This document shows positions 34,508 through 49,500 of a stretch of DNA of 64,000 bases, one piece after another. Origin of the DNA: Eledone cirrhosa (lineage: Eukaryota); the NCBI GenBank assembly GCA_964016885.1, contig OZ024740.1, positions 389,422,001 through 389,486,000 of the forward strand, read 5' to 3'. The notes beneath the pieces are model-generated. The model was not told the origin of the DNA and searched no databases. It saw only the letters and a list, made by a program, of their open reading frames with translations. The stretch's first letter is position 1, and each line of letters begins with the position of its first letter. A program made the position numbers and the translations under genes.

Positions 34508-37500
34508 CTGCAAATAAAGGAGGAAAATTTTCATTTTCTCAAAATATGAATTAACCAAATACATTCACAAATTTGTTATATTTAGGGAGGATCATGTCTT
34601 AATATTGCCTGAAAAATAACAGTAAAACAGTTTGGTTTGGTTTTTGCTTCAGTATATTTTTATATTTCTATAAATAATTTAGCTGACAATCAATGTTTAT
34701 CATTGATTGCCCAACAGTTTTCCAACATAGCTGCAGTAAATAAGAGTGACAAATGACTAAATTGATAGTGGTTCATATTTTGCCAATGTTGCTGTATCGT
34801 GTCCTTGGCTAAGACAACTTTCAAATGATGTGATGACTATTATTGTTTAACCCTAATGTAAGCTCTGATAAAGCCAGACTGTAATCAAAACCAATCCAGT
34901 CATAACCATCCCATCTTTCTTCAGAAGAGTGCATCAAAGACTACATTAACAGTTCTTTTCTTAAGACAGTAGGGTCTGGTTTAAAGAAGATATGATTAAT
35001 TTTTTCAAATACATTTACATTGTGTACATGTACACAAAATCAGAGAAAGATTTGGAAATGAAATGGGTGATACATACCTGATTGTAGCCATTGTGTGATG
35101 TTTGCGAGTGATCAACGTGTCTTCTTCCCCAGGCCGAAGTGGTCTTACAGTACACATCTCAAACGTGTTTGGTCGAGCACAAATATCTCGTGAGATTAAA
35201 CCAACTTTCTCAGTGATGCATCTCTTTAAATCAATATAACCTAGAGGGTCCTGAGATTAATAAAAAGAAAATTTAAGATTTTTTGTTAACCCTTTTCTTA
35301 CTGTATCTCTAATGAAATACTTTTTGTTTTAATTAATTTATGAAAAATCTAGAATTACTATAATTATATCATTAATTTAATGTTTACATATAAGATTATG
35401 TTGAAAGGTTTCAATTTAAATGAAACCCTTTGAAATGGGTGGTTTTATTTCACAGAAACGGGTAGTTTTGAGCAGATTGGTATCAAAAGAGTTAATGACA
35501 TATGTGGGGTGGTTTCTGAAACATTTGGACATTTCAAAATAGTTAAAAACATCTTGAAAGCCAAATAATTTTCTGTAACAATACATCTATAAAGATGAAG
35601 TGTATTATGTCAACTAGCAAACAAAGTATTTTGATGAAAAATAGAGCACATTTAATCCCCATATACTCTACCATTGCCCCATGTTGACAAAAGCATTGTG
35701 TATATGGAAACTGTGTGGAAGTGTCAGATAAAACTGTACTTGTAATTCAAAGGGTCAGTCTTATCACACACACTGTATTGTGATTTCAATTCAATAAATA
35801 GATAAACCAACAGAGATAAGCATTTGTGTTAATGATGTTTGATTTGCAACCATGCTTCTGGGTTTGATCCTACTGTGTGGCACCTTAAGCAAGTATTTTC
35901 TACCACAGCCTCAGTTTCTGAGTGGAATTTGATAAGCAGAAACTGGAAGACCATCATATATATATATATATCTTTTGCTGATCCTTATTATTTCAGAATA
36001 AAAACATTGGCAAGGAAACTGAAATACCAATGTACTCTGCAATATTTGATCTATCAGATTACAGACACTTGTTTCTCTCTCACAACCAGAAATACAGTGA
36101 ACCTGTGATAGGCCTGTTGGAAACTTGTAACCAACAAAACTAGTGTTCATAAAAAGTGATAGAAAATTAAATTAATTTTTTAAAACTCTTTAGCATTTAA
36201 ACTGGCCGAATCTGGCGAGAATTCTCTCACCTCTTTCTGTTCAAACTGGCCGTAACCGGCCACTCATACTGACGTTAGGGTATTGATCTCAAAATAATAA
36301 TATCAAAATCACATAGCTTCAATATTATATGAAATAATTATGTGAGTAAAGCCTTTACTGAGAAAATACAATAGTAAATATAGAGTAATGTAAATACTAA
36401 AGGGTTAAATCTATAAAATTTGCAAATTCATTAATTGAATTACTAATAGTACAAAAAAATTGAAATGAAAATCCCCATGTGTAATACCCCCACCCACCCA
36501 CCCAAACTACAGCAACAAACTGTCAAACACTAAAACATTACTATAGAATAGCATGATCAGTATAAACATTGGTAGGTTAGTTTACTTGTTGTGCACATGT
36601 TCAGTCCCTGGGTTTGTGTGTGTCTATATCCTCTTAAGCAGAACAAGCAAGCAACATCACACGTAACTAATAACTCATAATATATCGGGATTGGACAGCA
36701 GAATGAAAACAATCCACCTTTGTGGTTTGAATTAAGGGTTGGGTTCAAAATTTCAAGAATATTATTAAATACAACTGGCACCCACCCTAAAAAAGGGCAC
36801 AATGGACAAAACATTTTGGCGAAAACACTAGTTTGAATAAACCACTGTATGATAACTAAAATGGGCCCATAACTAAAATGGTCCCATTTCTAAATAAATA
36901 GCCATGGGACACACTAGATTTTTCAGGTAAACAAGATTAGTGTTTCTGGAAAACTTTCTCAGCTTAACATTTGGCTATAACATTATCCAGAAGTATGGAT
37001 CACACAACACTAAAGATAAAGTAACAATTTTAACCCTTTAGCATTTATGTTATGGCTGCTTTAAAAGTAACAATTTTAAAGATAAAAAAATTAACACTAA
37101 ATTCAACACATTTCCTTAGCAAGGCCTAAAAATATAGGGCAAAAGTATAAATCATGAAATTTCTTGACTATCGTATCACAACCATTTTATCATGGTAGTA
37201 TCAATCAGTTGAGTAGCTTTATAATCAATCAAAGAAGATCAAAGATCAAATTGTTTAGTTAAACAGGCCACTTTGGTAAAATCATAGAATTAACTATTAA
37301 AAAAAAAAAAAAAAAAAAGTTACTTTTCTATTTTCATCATCTGGATATTTCCAGTATTTCAGTTTGTTTCCAGAAAGTACACACCAACGTCTATGCCAGG
37401 CACCTAACCCACTCACATCTTCAAACATTGTCTGAAAAATAAAATCAAAAGATTTTTTTTTTTTTTTAATGGAGAAAAATGAAATGAAAAATAACTCAAA

Positions 37501-40500
37501 TGTTTGGTATTTTAATAAAATTTTCTCAAACTCAGATCAAAAGATATTTTAATGTTCTAAACCAGCGGTTGCGAACCAGTGGTCCGCGGACCACTGGTGA
37601 TCCGAGAGAAATTTGGACATTATTTGCAATTTTATGTTTTAATAATAATAAAAAATAATATTCGGTTAAAATATATTTTATAACCCTCCTAAAACAGGTT
37701 TTTCTTCAATAAAGAACTAATATCCATGAAAGAATTTTACACATACATATCTGTTGACAACGTGACACATGTACGCTTCAGTATTGTTTCGACCATAATT
37801 TTGTTATATTTAATAGGTGCATTTCATATTAATAAAAAGTTATTATTTTACGTCCGCTTTTCCCTGCTTGCAAGGGTGGGATAGGTCCTACTCAACACAG
37901 CATCTCTCCACTTGTCACGGTCCTTCGTCATCTCTGTGAGCTTCAGCGATCTGAGGTCTTCTCTCACCACCACCACCCATGTCTTTTGTGGTTTTCCTCT
38001 GCTGCATCTTCCTTCTACTGGGATTATTATTCCTTCTCTGATCATTATTTTACAAAAGGTATTCATCTTTTTAAAATAATTCCTATTAGTGGTCTGTGAG
38101 ATTTAAAATTACGAATTTAGTGGTCCGTGAGGTCTGAAAGGCTGGCAGCCACTGTTCTAAACCACATAAAACCAAATCAGTAAAACATTCTTAAAAAGTA
38201 TGAAACAACACATTAAAAATTAAAGTCTAAATTAATACTGCAAATTTTCACGATCTGTTGACTAGTAAAGATACTATAAACATGAACTAACAAACTCGTT
38301 TTTAGACATTTTCTGCTTAATCATTGCAAGACGTTAAGAGTTAATATAAGCTCAAGTTAGGAATGTATGCTGGCATAACATATGTGATTTAGTTCTTGGT
38401 TGACTCCAATTATGCAGATCAAAGATATCCCAACCACAATCACCCCTCACCCCCAGACATTTTTAGGTCTCAATGTAAACATGATTTTTCTTCCAAACAG
38501 TAGTGAGTGATTTGAAGGAGATATTGATGCTCTTTCAATTATAGAGAATCCTTTGTGAGTTCATAATACATATTTTAACTGGTTGAAAGAACAATATAAA
38601 TAAATTGAGACACTGGTAACTAAAATGACAAACTGTTCTAAAAGCATTTTTAATATTGTTTTAGAAAGTTACAATGTTTGGTTATGGTGTACCCCCCTCC
38701 CTCCACTCCACTGAATAGCATTGAAGTTCTCACTGTTGTTCATTCAATTCAAATGTCAGGAGAGAGACTCAGTTATTCAGACTCACTTGGTAGATGGGAT
38801 TCTACATATAAGAAATTTTTAAATGAAATAAAGTATGCAAAGAATCTAATAGAATTATTTACAAATAATTCAAACAACCAACATGAAGGATATTAAGTTT
38901 TACTTTTACAGCAATACATTTTTTCTTCTGAAAACAGCATGGTTGACAAAATAGATCTCAGAATTGCAATTTTTTTTCTGACAAAGTAAAATGCACCTCG
39001 TATACTCAATTATATTTCAGCTCGCTGTTCTCCGAGTTCAAATCCCACCGAGGTCAACTTTGCCTTAGATTCATTTCAAGGTTAATAAAACAAATACCAG
39101 GTGAGTACTGAGGGTCAATTCTGCCTCTATATCTCTTTCTCACACTCTCTCCTTCAAGAAATCTGGAAAGGAGTTGAGCTCTGGCAGGTTTTAAAAAAAT
39201 CCCTAGAAATACTGTATATCAATAAGTGCCGCAATAACTACCTCAGGAGTTATAGGATCATACATACTCAACAAAATGGTTGGCATTAGGAAGGACACCG
39301 AACTGTAGATAACATGTCAAAATATGGAAAGTATGAGCAAGATGTAGTTATCAGACCATGACAACCTAGCATGGAAAGTGGTCATAAAATGGTTATGTTC
39401 TGTTTAAAAAAATATCTAGTCTGCATTCAACTTACCAGAAAACCTCTCTCACTGATATTTGTTTCCATGTTACATTTCATACGTAGATAAATAGATCCTA
39501 TTAGCGGTGCATCATAAGGAACCTAATTCGGAAACAAAACAAATTTGGAAATTATAATTTTTTTTTTTTTTAGATAAATCTTTAAATTTACATTCTTTAA
39601 ATAAGCTTCCATTTTTCTATTATTTAGTTTAGAATAGGTACAGTGCATCTGTATCAAGAAATGACTAAAAGAGTTGGAATCAGGAAGAGCATCAAACCAT
39701 AAAAGACAAAAAAAAAAAAAAAAAAAAACCACATACCCATGTGTTTAATTATATATGAACAGCCCAAAATACTCTGTTGGGGTCCCTAGCTTTTCATTAA
39801 AACTAGGTGGAGAACTTGGTTGTAACAAAGTTCAGTCCATTTATGATGGGCAAGTACCTAATGTCCCTTGTGGAGACTGGAATATCTGATATGGGACATG
39901 GAATGTAAGAGCATAAGAAAATCAGAATGAGATGGCCAGGTCATGTGTTGAGAAAAGATGAAACGAATAAAGGAGGCTTACCCGGTCCATAGTGAAGCTA
40001 TGTTTATCAATATTAGACATTCGCAAAGTGGCAGACCAAGTGAGAGTAAAGTTGCTGCTGTGGATGGAAGTAGGACCTGCTGGGTTGTTAGAAACTGAAA
40101 ACGAGAGAAATATTGAAATAAAATCATTAATATGATTAAACTGATATGCAGTGGGACATATCTGCTTCCTCTAGTTTACCTCAATAAAATAGATTTCATC
40201 CTAAATAAATGTAAAACAAAAATGATTCATGAAAAAATATATATTAGATACTAGGTTTATACAAGTATTAATAGCATCTATTTTAAAACAAGTGTATAGG
40301 AGTCAATGAAAAGCACCCAGCACACACTGTAAATGTGGTTGACGTTAGGAAGGGTCTCCAACTGTAGAAACCTAGCCAGAAACAGTGCTGTACGAGCAAG
40401 ACATGGTCACCTGATCTAGCATTGTCCACAACAGGACAAATCGTCTAACCCATGCTAGTATGGAAAGATTGGACATAACACGGTGATGAGGATGATGATG

Positions 40501-43500
40501 CTAGTACGATCAGATGGTTTTTCTTTGCTCAATTGTTAAAGGATGGATACTCTTCCTACTGTTAATTACTGAAATCTGTTGGACAAACTGAGTAAGATTT
40601 GAAATTAAGTATCTTGTCTCCTCAGCTGCAATTACATACTACTTTAATAATTTTCATATCAGAAAAACAGTAAGAAAACTATTATATACATGTCAACAAA
40701 AATTACACATTAAAGCAACTTACTTGGCGTTGTAGGTGTTGGTTTACATTTCTTGCTCTTCTTCTTCTTACAACTTCTGTCTTTTGACAGTTTCTGTAAT
40801 GCAAGATTTCATTTCAATATATTCCAAAACCATATAAAAAAAATTATTGAACATTCTTGTATGGAAATTTATAATAAATCAGATTTCATGGAAAGTAACT
40901 AAAAAACGAATTTCTCTTTTTATCCTCCAAATTTATTTCCCAAAAAAGAGTCAACTTATATATTTTTATCAATGTTTAGTACACCACTGAAAATTCCAAA
41001 TAATCACATTGTTAATGTATGATTTTAAAAACAATGCAATTAAACTTTCTTCTCTACTTAAGATGTATTAGCATTTAAATCTGTATTTCATTAACAAAAT
41101 TCATATTGTGAAATTCAAAGTTAACATTCAATTTCACATCTATTTGAATAGATTTGTCATTTGAACACCATAACAACTCAGCTTGTGTACACATACAATT
41201 TGAGCATTCAGTGGGTTTTATATAGCTTTATATTGCATTTACAAATCATTTAAGGTGGGCCAAATGCCATAAGATGTATAAAGTAAAAGGGGCAAAGCAT
41301 CAGATCAGACAAAGGAAACAATATTTCCATTGGAGTTCCTATAGCTGATACATCTGGTTGTAACTCTTGGCAGAATGCACAGAGATGGAACAAAATACCA
41401 GGCATTTACTTTGGCACCCTATTGACTGTCAATTTGCTGCCTATATGAATTGTTTCTTTCATAAAGAAAAAGTAGGAAAAGTATAATTGTTAATTTTTCT
41501 CAAACAAAAAACTACACACTGGTTTCCTGAGCAGAGAAATAGACCCATAGACCCGTTCTAAGTTTTTTTGCTCATCATACAATCAGTAAAAACTATTAAA
41601 AAGAATGAAAACGTAAAGTTTTACATTTCAACAGTCAGCAATTATATTAGTAAAATGATAAATTGACCTTGTACCTAAAAAAATAAATAGGTCACTACAA
41701 ATGTGATATAAGATAAAATAAAATACAGTATAAGGCAACAGAGAGCAGCTAAAAGGAATTTTTGTAATAGCAATGACAAAAAAAAATGACCCTAACCATT
41801 TCATAGAGCTCCAAAGTAACTTGAAATTTTGACGTAATATCTGTCAGTTTTATCATATTTGGAAAATCCAAACTTCCTCTGACCATTGGATCATGTGTTG
41901 ACATAAGCTGTGTGGAAAACACCTGAGGACCATTGCGGATGAGTATAACATAATAGAAGACATTCAGATCTGAAGAGAGATTAGAAAATAAGATATAAAG
42001 GTTGTATAATTGATATGTAATGAAATCTGCCAGAAAACATCTGACTGTCTCTCATGCTTTCTATTTCATTGCTTCAGAAATGGCAGTCGATGTAAGAGGC
42101 AATGTGACATACAAGTTATGTTTTCATTACTTCAAAGTTGGTGTTTAAACCCATGTCAGGCTTGATTGAGTAGTCCTAGTCAAAGGCATTCCTATAATGA
42201 CCATCCTGTCTTTTTCCTATGTACAAGAAAACAAGGAACACATTATCCAATGTGTTTTTTCATAAATGCTAGGGTGCGATTTGATGTAACTTTGGCCATT
42301 ATTCCTAATAAGTCAAGCAACCACATAGAGACTCCTTCATTGGTTCATCTTTAGTGTTACGTATGAGTTACTTGGTTGCTAACCTAGGCAATTGCATCTA
42401 ATAATTACATTACAATGCCATTGATAAGAAAGAAAAATAGTTTCAATACATAGTATTCCACTGCTGACTGAAGCCATAACCATATTGGTACAAAGCCTAG
42501 CTATCCACATTGGTGGTCATGTGGTCAGGTGATTAGCCTTGGCCTTTGGCAGCTATGTGAAATTTGAACTCAGAATGCAAAGAACTGGAACAGATACTGC
42601 AGGGCATCCCATCTGATACTGTAATAATTCTGCCAATCCACTGTCCTGCTCTGATACTTATTTATGGATCCCCAAGATATCATTAGCAAGATCTGAATTC
42701 ACAGCAGAGAACTAAAATAAATGCTATGATACATACTTTCTAGCAAGTCACCAATACAAAGTATTAGCCTAGCTTTCAAATACCAACTTCTTCAGCTGAC
42801 GTTGGACAATTTAGAAAACAAACTGATTTCAAGCAGAAATAAAACATTACACATTGTCTATTTGAAAGCTAAGAATATATGTAAATTAGCTTGCCTTAAG
42901 AATTAAAGATCTCTAGAAGACACATCACCATGGTATTAATACAGTTGTAGGTGTGTGCTACACAATGGTCTATGACATTCTTTTCTGAGAGAAATAATTT
43001 TCTCAACAACAACGAAGTAAATACATATATCTGACTACCTACCATACATCGTACTCATTCGGCTGACAAAGTCTTTTTTTAATGGTAGTCGGATGTCACT
43101 GATAGTCAAGGTACCCTTAGTGCCAGGTCCAAAAGGATTCAAGCAGTTGGAATTTTTCAAACGTTGAACTTCTTCCAAATATGCCCGACGCTTTTGACCT
43201 GAAATGAGAAAACATCCAGCTTGATAAAAATAAATGAAATACAATTACACATTCTTGACATTTATAACTAACTTCCATCAAAACTTTTTTTTTTATTTCT
43301 AACCCATGCTGGCATGGAAAATGGACATGAAACAATGATGATGACTTGATAAAAAAATTTTTCCTTGATAGATGTAATGAACTTACAGGCAATTAAAAGC
43401 AACTTGTGACATTCTACTTGCTGGGTTGAGCCACTGAAATTGGAGCCTTCAGTGCAGCACTGGTTTAGTGCATTGCTTGTTTGCAAGATTACAGTCTGTT

Positions 43501-46500
43501 CAAGAGATACTTGATTATTCAGTTGCTGAAATGAAATATAAAATAAAGAAATAAAACGGTTTAGAGCTAAAAGACTTCTTTTTTTTTTTAACATTACCTT
43601 CAACTTATAACAGAAAACATTGTTAACTCTTTAGAATTTAAACCAGCAATATCCAGCCAGAATTGTAACCTCTTTCTGTTCCGTGGACATGCCTACAAGA
43701 TCAGAAAACAGCACAGCTCCCATGACTTTCGTAGACATTTTTTCACGCTCAGAGTTGCTGAAGCATGGAACAAACTGCCTGTGTCAATTGTTAGCTGCCG
43801 AGACACTGCATCCTTTAAGACACTCATGCTTCCCGAAATACGCCAAAACTACACCTGATGTACCCCTTCCATGCACATGCACACATGTGTGTATCATGAC
43901 TCGTGCACTGTTCATTTTACTGATGTTTGTGCATTGCCCTATGTACTGTACATGCACCTTTTTGATGAGTTGTGGTACACCTGGGCACTGTACACAATAT
44001 TTCATTATTGTTATTATATCATGACTCGTACACTGTTCATTTTCCTGACATTTGTACATTAGTCTATGTACTATACATGCACCTTTGATGAGTTGTAGTG
44101 CACCTGAGCACTGTACACAATAATTTCATTATTATTATTATTATTATTTAAACCGCTCGCTCATACTGAAGTTAAGGTATTGTTCTCAAAATAAATAATA
44201 TCGAAATCTCATTCGATATTAGGTGAGGTAAAGCCTTTACCGTGAAAATATAACAGTAAATATAGAGTAAAGTAAATGCTAAAGGGTTAAGCTATCAATT
44301 GAAGGTAGTTTTGTCTTTGAACCAACTGACATTACCTATCATTAGTATCAAGCAGTATGATGCCACCTATGAGTGTATGAAAGGCTATCAAAGAACTAGA
44401 GATCCACAAAAACCTATCTCATTCTACAAAAGATCAAACTCCTGATCTTTCTAACCCTTCACACACTAATTGTCGATGTGTTACACTATATACCTTTTCA
44501 GTTTTTAGTCAAAGCAGAACTATTAGTTACAACCTATATGGTAGTTGGACAATGTACACATTTTACTGGGAGGGAGTTAGATTTTACAATATATTCTCCA
44601 TAACATCTTTTGTAAACCCCAAAAATTATTATGCATCTAATATTTAGTCAAGCTGCTATATTATGCAAGGATATCTTTCAAGGTGACAAAAATCTGATGC
44701 AAGTCAGTAATTGAAAACTAGTATATAATTGTGTCACATTTCTGAAAAGAAGTACACCATTTTCCTGTGTGTTGTAAGAGGCAATTAAAAGAGTTTGTGT
44801 CAAGAAAGGTAGCTGGCTGTAAAATATTGCCTCAAAAAGCGTCATCCAATCCATGCCAGTATTAAAAATATGTAAAAACGACACCTGCCAAATTTGATGA
44901 CTAGGTTAGCAAAATATGGTTATGGATTATGTATTTCTATTTTTACTAAGAAATAACCAATACTACACATATGTGTGAGAGAGAGAGAGAGCGAGAGAGA
45001 GAAAGAGAGAGAGAGAATGCACATAAGTATACATTCATATAGTGACCTTTTTTTTTTTTAAGAGAAACATTTATGGAAAATTTTATATTTAGAGGAATAT
45101 CAAATAGTATGAAAAATATTTCAAAACCAACATATTTCTCAACATTATTAAAATACACCTACATTACAAAAAACAAAAACGAAAACCAACCTTTATCCTT
45201 TCTAATATACTCTTACGACTATCCTCCTTAGGCTTTGCTTCTTCCATATCCTCTTCACTGCTCATAGGGCGGCTGTTTCGTACAATTTTCTGAACTGGTG
45301 TAACATTGTTACTGAACCTGTTAATTAGTAATTAAGGTGGAGAATGTAGATGAAAAATGACTAACACGAGAAATTATAAATTCTATTTTGCTAATATCCT
45401 TTGTCAATATTTTCCTTCAATGTTAAATAAATTAAGGAGGCTCTAAAAAGATATCACTTTTTACAATTGATAAGAGTTACAATTATCAAAGCCAAAAATA
45501 TGATATAAATAAAATAAAACCTATTAAATTAAAGAAAGTTACCTCTTTGACCGATACATGCTGATACTGTAGAGTAGAGGGCTTCTCTTGCGCAACACCA
45601 CATCGTCATCTGTTGTTGAATCATCATAACAACTGTCTGTACAAGTTGCTAACAAATGGCTACCACGCTTTTTCTGGTGAAACAAAAAGAAAATAAGATA
45701 ACCAAAGAACACCATATAGGGTACATCTTCACAAATCTCAAAAGTGGCAGTTTTTAACCCTTTAGCATTTACATTATTCTATATTTACGGGGTCGATAAA
45801 ATAAAGTACCAGTAATGCACTGGATAATTGCTGGCCTTGTGCCTAAAGAAGAAACAATTATTCTATATTTACTATTGCATTTTCTCAGTAAATACTTTCT
45901 CTCACATAATATCAAATCTACGAGATTTTTATATTATTCATTTTGAGGACAATACTTTTAACATAAGTATGAGCAGCTGATTATGGCCGATTTGAAGAGA
46001 AAGAGGTGAGAGAATTCTGGCCAGATATGGCTAGTTTAAATGCTAAATGGTTAAGTTAAGTCTACTTGAGAATGCTTAAGAGTAATCTATAGGTAACTGT
46101 TGTATGGTGTGCAATGTCACAAACCAGATGAAGTTGAATCCAGTTTGTTAAACAGTCTTCTGTTATGAGATCATTGCATGCAATTTTGATTTTATCAGTA
46201 ACAGAGCAGAGGCAGTTATTTTAAGAATATAAATGCTCTGATGTGTTGTTAATATGTAAAATCAAGGATTCTGTAGCTTAGAGTAAATCACAGCCACAGA
46301 TTTCATATAAATTCATACCGAGTTGGTTTTTGAGTTTCAAGCTAAGATGCTCAAGTAATGACCAGAAGTTTTCAAGCTCCCATCTTTTAGGCATAACTTA
46401 ACAGCAGAGAAGGTATTGAGTTTTAAAATACTTGATCTAACAAAATACAAAGCCAAGAGCCAAATATGGATTGAAATTATGATTTGTAATTTTGTAAACA

Positions 46501-49500
46501 TTTTAGTTTAATTGTACTATGATTTCTACCAATTCATCGCACCACACATTTGTAATTCAACATTTACAATTTATTTAACATTGATTTAATTCCTTTTTTT
46601 CATTGATAAACATTTTTATCACTAACTGTTCAGTATAAGCAACCTATCCCAGCAAACATGTAAAACCTTTTACTACTAACAGCATAATAACCACAAGTAG
46701 TATTAAGAATAACAGCTGATATTCAAGCAAACCAAAATATGCAAATGTCCAAGCTGTTAAACACAAACTAAAGAGAATATATAATGACTTGTACAAATAG
46801 CTGACAGAAAGTTATAATACAACATTTATGTTATTTTAAAATGTACAAATCTATTAAACCCTTCATGTATGAATACACAAAATTGCATGTGCAATGTATA
46901 TGATAGGATAACTATTTATCCTACACATGACAATACCAAATGTTTGACCAAGTGACAAGCAATAAACATTACAAATGAAATGGAGAAATGAGATTTGTCA
47001 GTCATGAGGTGTGAATGAAGTGACAAAAGTATTAAAGCTAGATTGTCAATTTATATCCTAATGTGTAGTGCTGATTTCTTGGAATCTAAAAGATATTAAC
47101 TCTCAACGTCCTGTACCACGTGAAACCACATCAACAAGCTATTCATGAAAAGTACAAAACATTAACCCTGTAGCATTTAAACCGGCCGTAACTAGCCAGA
47201 ATTCTCTCACCTTTTTTCTGTTCAAACCGGCTGTAACTGGCCACTCATACCAACATTAAGGTATTGTTCTCAAAATAAATAACATCAAAATCTTAGATTC
47301 GATATTATGGGAGATAATACTGTAAAATAAAACCTTTACCACAAAAATACAACAGTATATATAGAGTAATGTAAATGCTAAAGGGTTAAAAAAAAGTCAA
47401 TTTTAGTTTACTGCAAATTTTTACAATTTCCTGTCCACTAGTCAAAATACTACATTTGAATTAAACCTATTTTTATATATTTTCTAATTGATTACAGGAT
47501 GTTAAGATTATAAAATATTTCTTCAAAATAAAAGAAAGAAACTTTACTCACAGCTGATGCAACTGGGGTTCTCTGAAATGCATTGTCATCTGTATCAGAT
47601 TCCAAAGCATCATCAATCAAGTCGTCCACACTTGTGGTTGCCATAGATTCCATTTCATCACTATCATATTCTCCATCTCCAGTATCATCAGTACTGTCAG
47701 GTGACTGATAGTTCTGACTTCTGCTTTTCTCCTGATGTTGCTGGCGTTTGGCCAGCTCAATAATGTTACTGGAGCTTTCTGTTTGTAAAGAAAGCTTACA
47801 TTGCTGACGTACAGATTCTGGCACGAAAGCACTTATGCTGACATCATCACTCTCATCATAGTCGGCATAGGACATGTTCCTTGCTGCTGCAGCACGGCAC
47901 AATGCTTCATTCTCTTCACTACTGGAACAGTAATCATCCTCGTACTCTGGCTCCATATACTGCAGGTCTTGATGAGATTCAAGTGTTCTTTCTGGATCAG
48001 TCTCATCACTGAGTTCATCAATACTTGACTCTTGAGGATAACTAGGGAAAAAAAACAAAGCAAAAACAAAACCACTGAAATGTTTTAAAAGAAATTTATT
48101 TTCAAGCATTTGAAAATTACATAGAATGATTGAAAGAAATTAGACTTGTGACACTAGGAAGGTATGTATAACTCTCTTGATCACCAACCCATCCAAAGCC
48201 TGTTTCTATGAAACAAAACCACCAAATTTTATATAAGAATATTTTGCTACGATACAATATCATTTTAATGAAATTATATTTTTAGTAAATCCTTAACCGT
48301 CTTCTTACCATTCAAGGGTTGATAAAATAACACTGTACTCAATATGTATAAACACCATATTTGATTACATCAAACTACATTCTCAATACACAGGTGTACC
48401 AGTCAGCAAGGGTGTATCATCCATTCTCAATACATATGTCTACCAACACAGACATCTATCAGGAATACACCTGTCAAAAAATGCTTTTAATACCCAGGCA
48501 GTGCACAACAGAAAAAAAAAATTAAAATAAAACTAATAAAAATTCTCAAATTTTGAAACTACGACTTACTTTCCATATCCATAGTAGTCATCTGAACTTT
48601 CAAAGCTGTCTTCAAAACGAACTTGCTTAACTACACTTTTCGAAGGAGTATCTTCTGGATTTGTTAGAGCAGACTTTGGCCCTGGCATTGAATAGTACTG
48701 AGGGGTTGCAACTAATTTGAATATACTATTGCTATCACCAGCAGAAGCAGGTGTAGTAGTATTGGAGTTAGTTGCAGAAGCTGTTGTTTTCGATAGCGTT
48801 GGCAGTGGTGGGGGTGGTGGTGGTGGCACTCCAGATATTGCTACTGAATTCTCAATCTTCTTTTCATTAGTTACAGTGGCTGGAAGATAAAAATTATAAA
48901 ACTATTAACAGGATTTGATATTTCATATTACAATTAATGTAATTTCTTTTATAGACATTAAAGGAGCTGGAGCAGTGCCAACAATGTTTTTGTGCAATAA
49001 AAAGGTTTTTATCAGCAGGGAAAATGTAGTAAAGTGATTAATGCCTAAAAAGGGAAAGATAGTAAGGATGCTAAGAAGAGAGATGGAAGGGATGGGTGTG
49101 CCTGGGTGGTAAGTATATGCAGCTAACTATTATGAAGTGTAAAGTTAACAGTTGGATAAAATTTTCCAAACTTCTGAAATAAAATCCAGTTTGATACACA
49201 AATATGAAGGAATTGAAGAAAAGCTCCACTGACATAGATCCAACTAACACTTTTTACCATCTGTTTGTACTGAATATGCAGTACTAAGTTCTTACCTTCT
49301 CACTGCCTCTATACCGAACAAGGCCACCTTCCAAATGACACAGGAATATCTACTCTATAACTAACACTGTTGGTCACTAGATCTTTGGATTCAAGACCTT
49401 TTCCACGTTTGGAACTGCTTTTGAAATTCTTTGACAGATTCTGCAATGAGAATCGGGTCACCTACTCATAAAAGCTCACAAGAATAACTAAATATGAATT

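Noticed and set aside
43683-44062. ORFs 43683..44024, 43784..44059 and 43871..44062 as genes
   Set aside because: They lie in a CR1 3' fragment and its duplicated UTR
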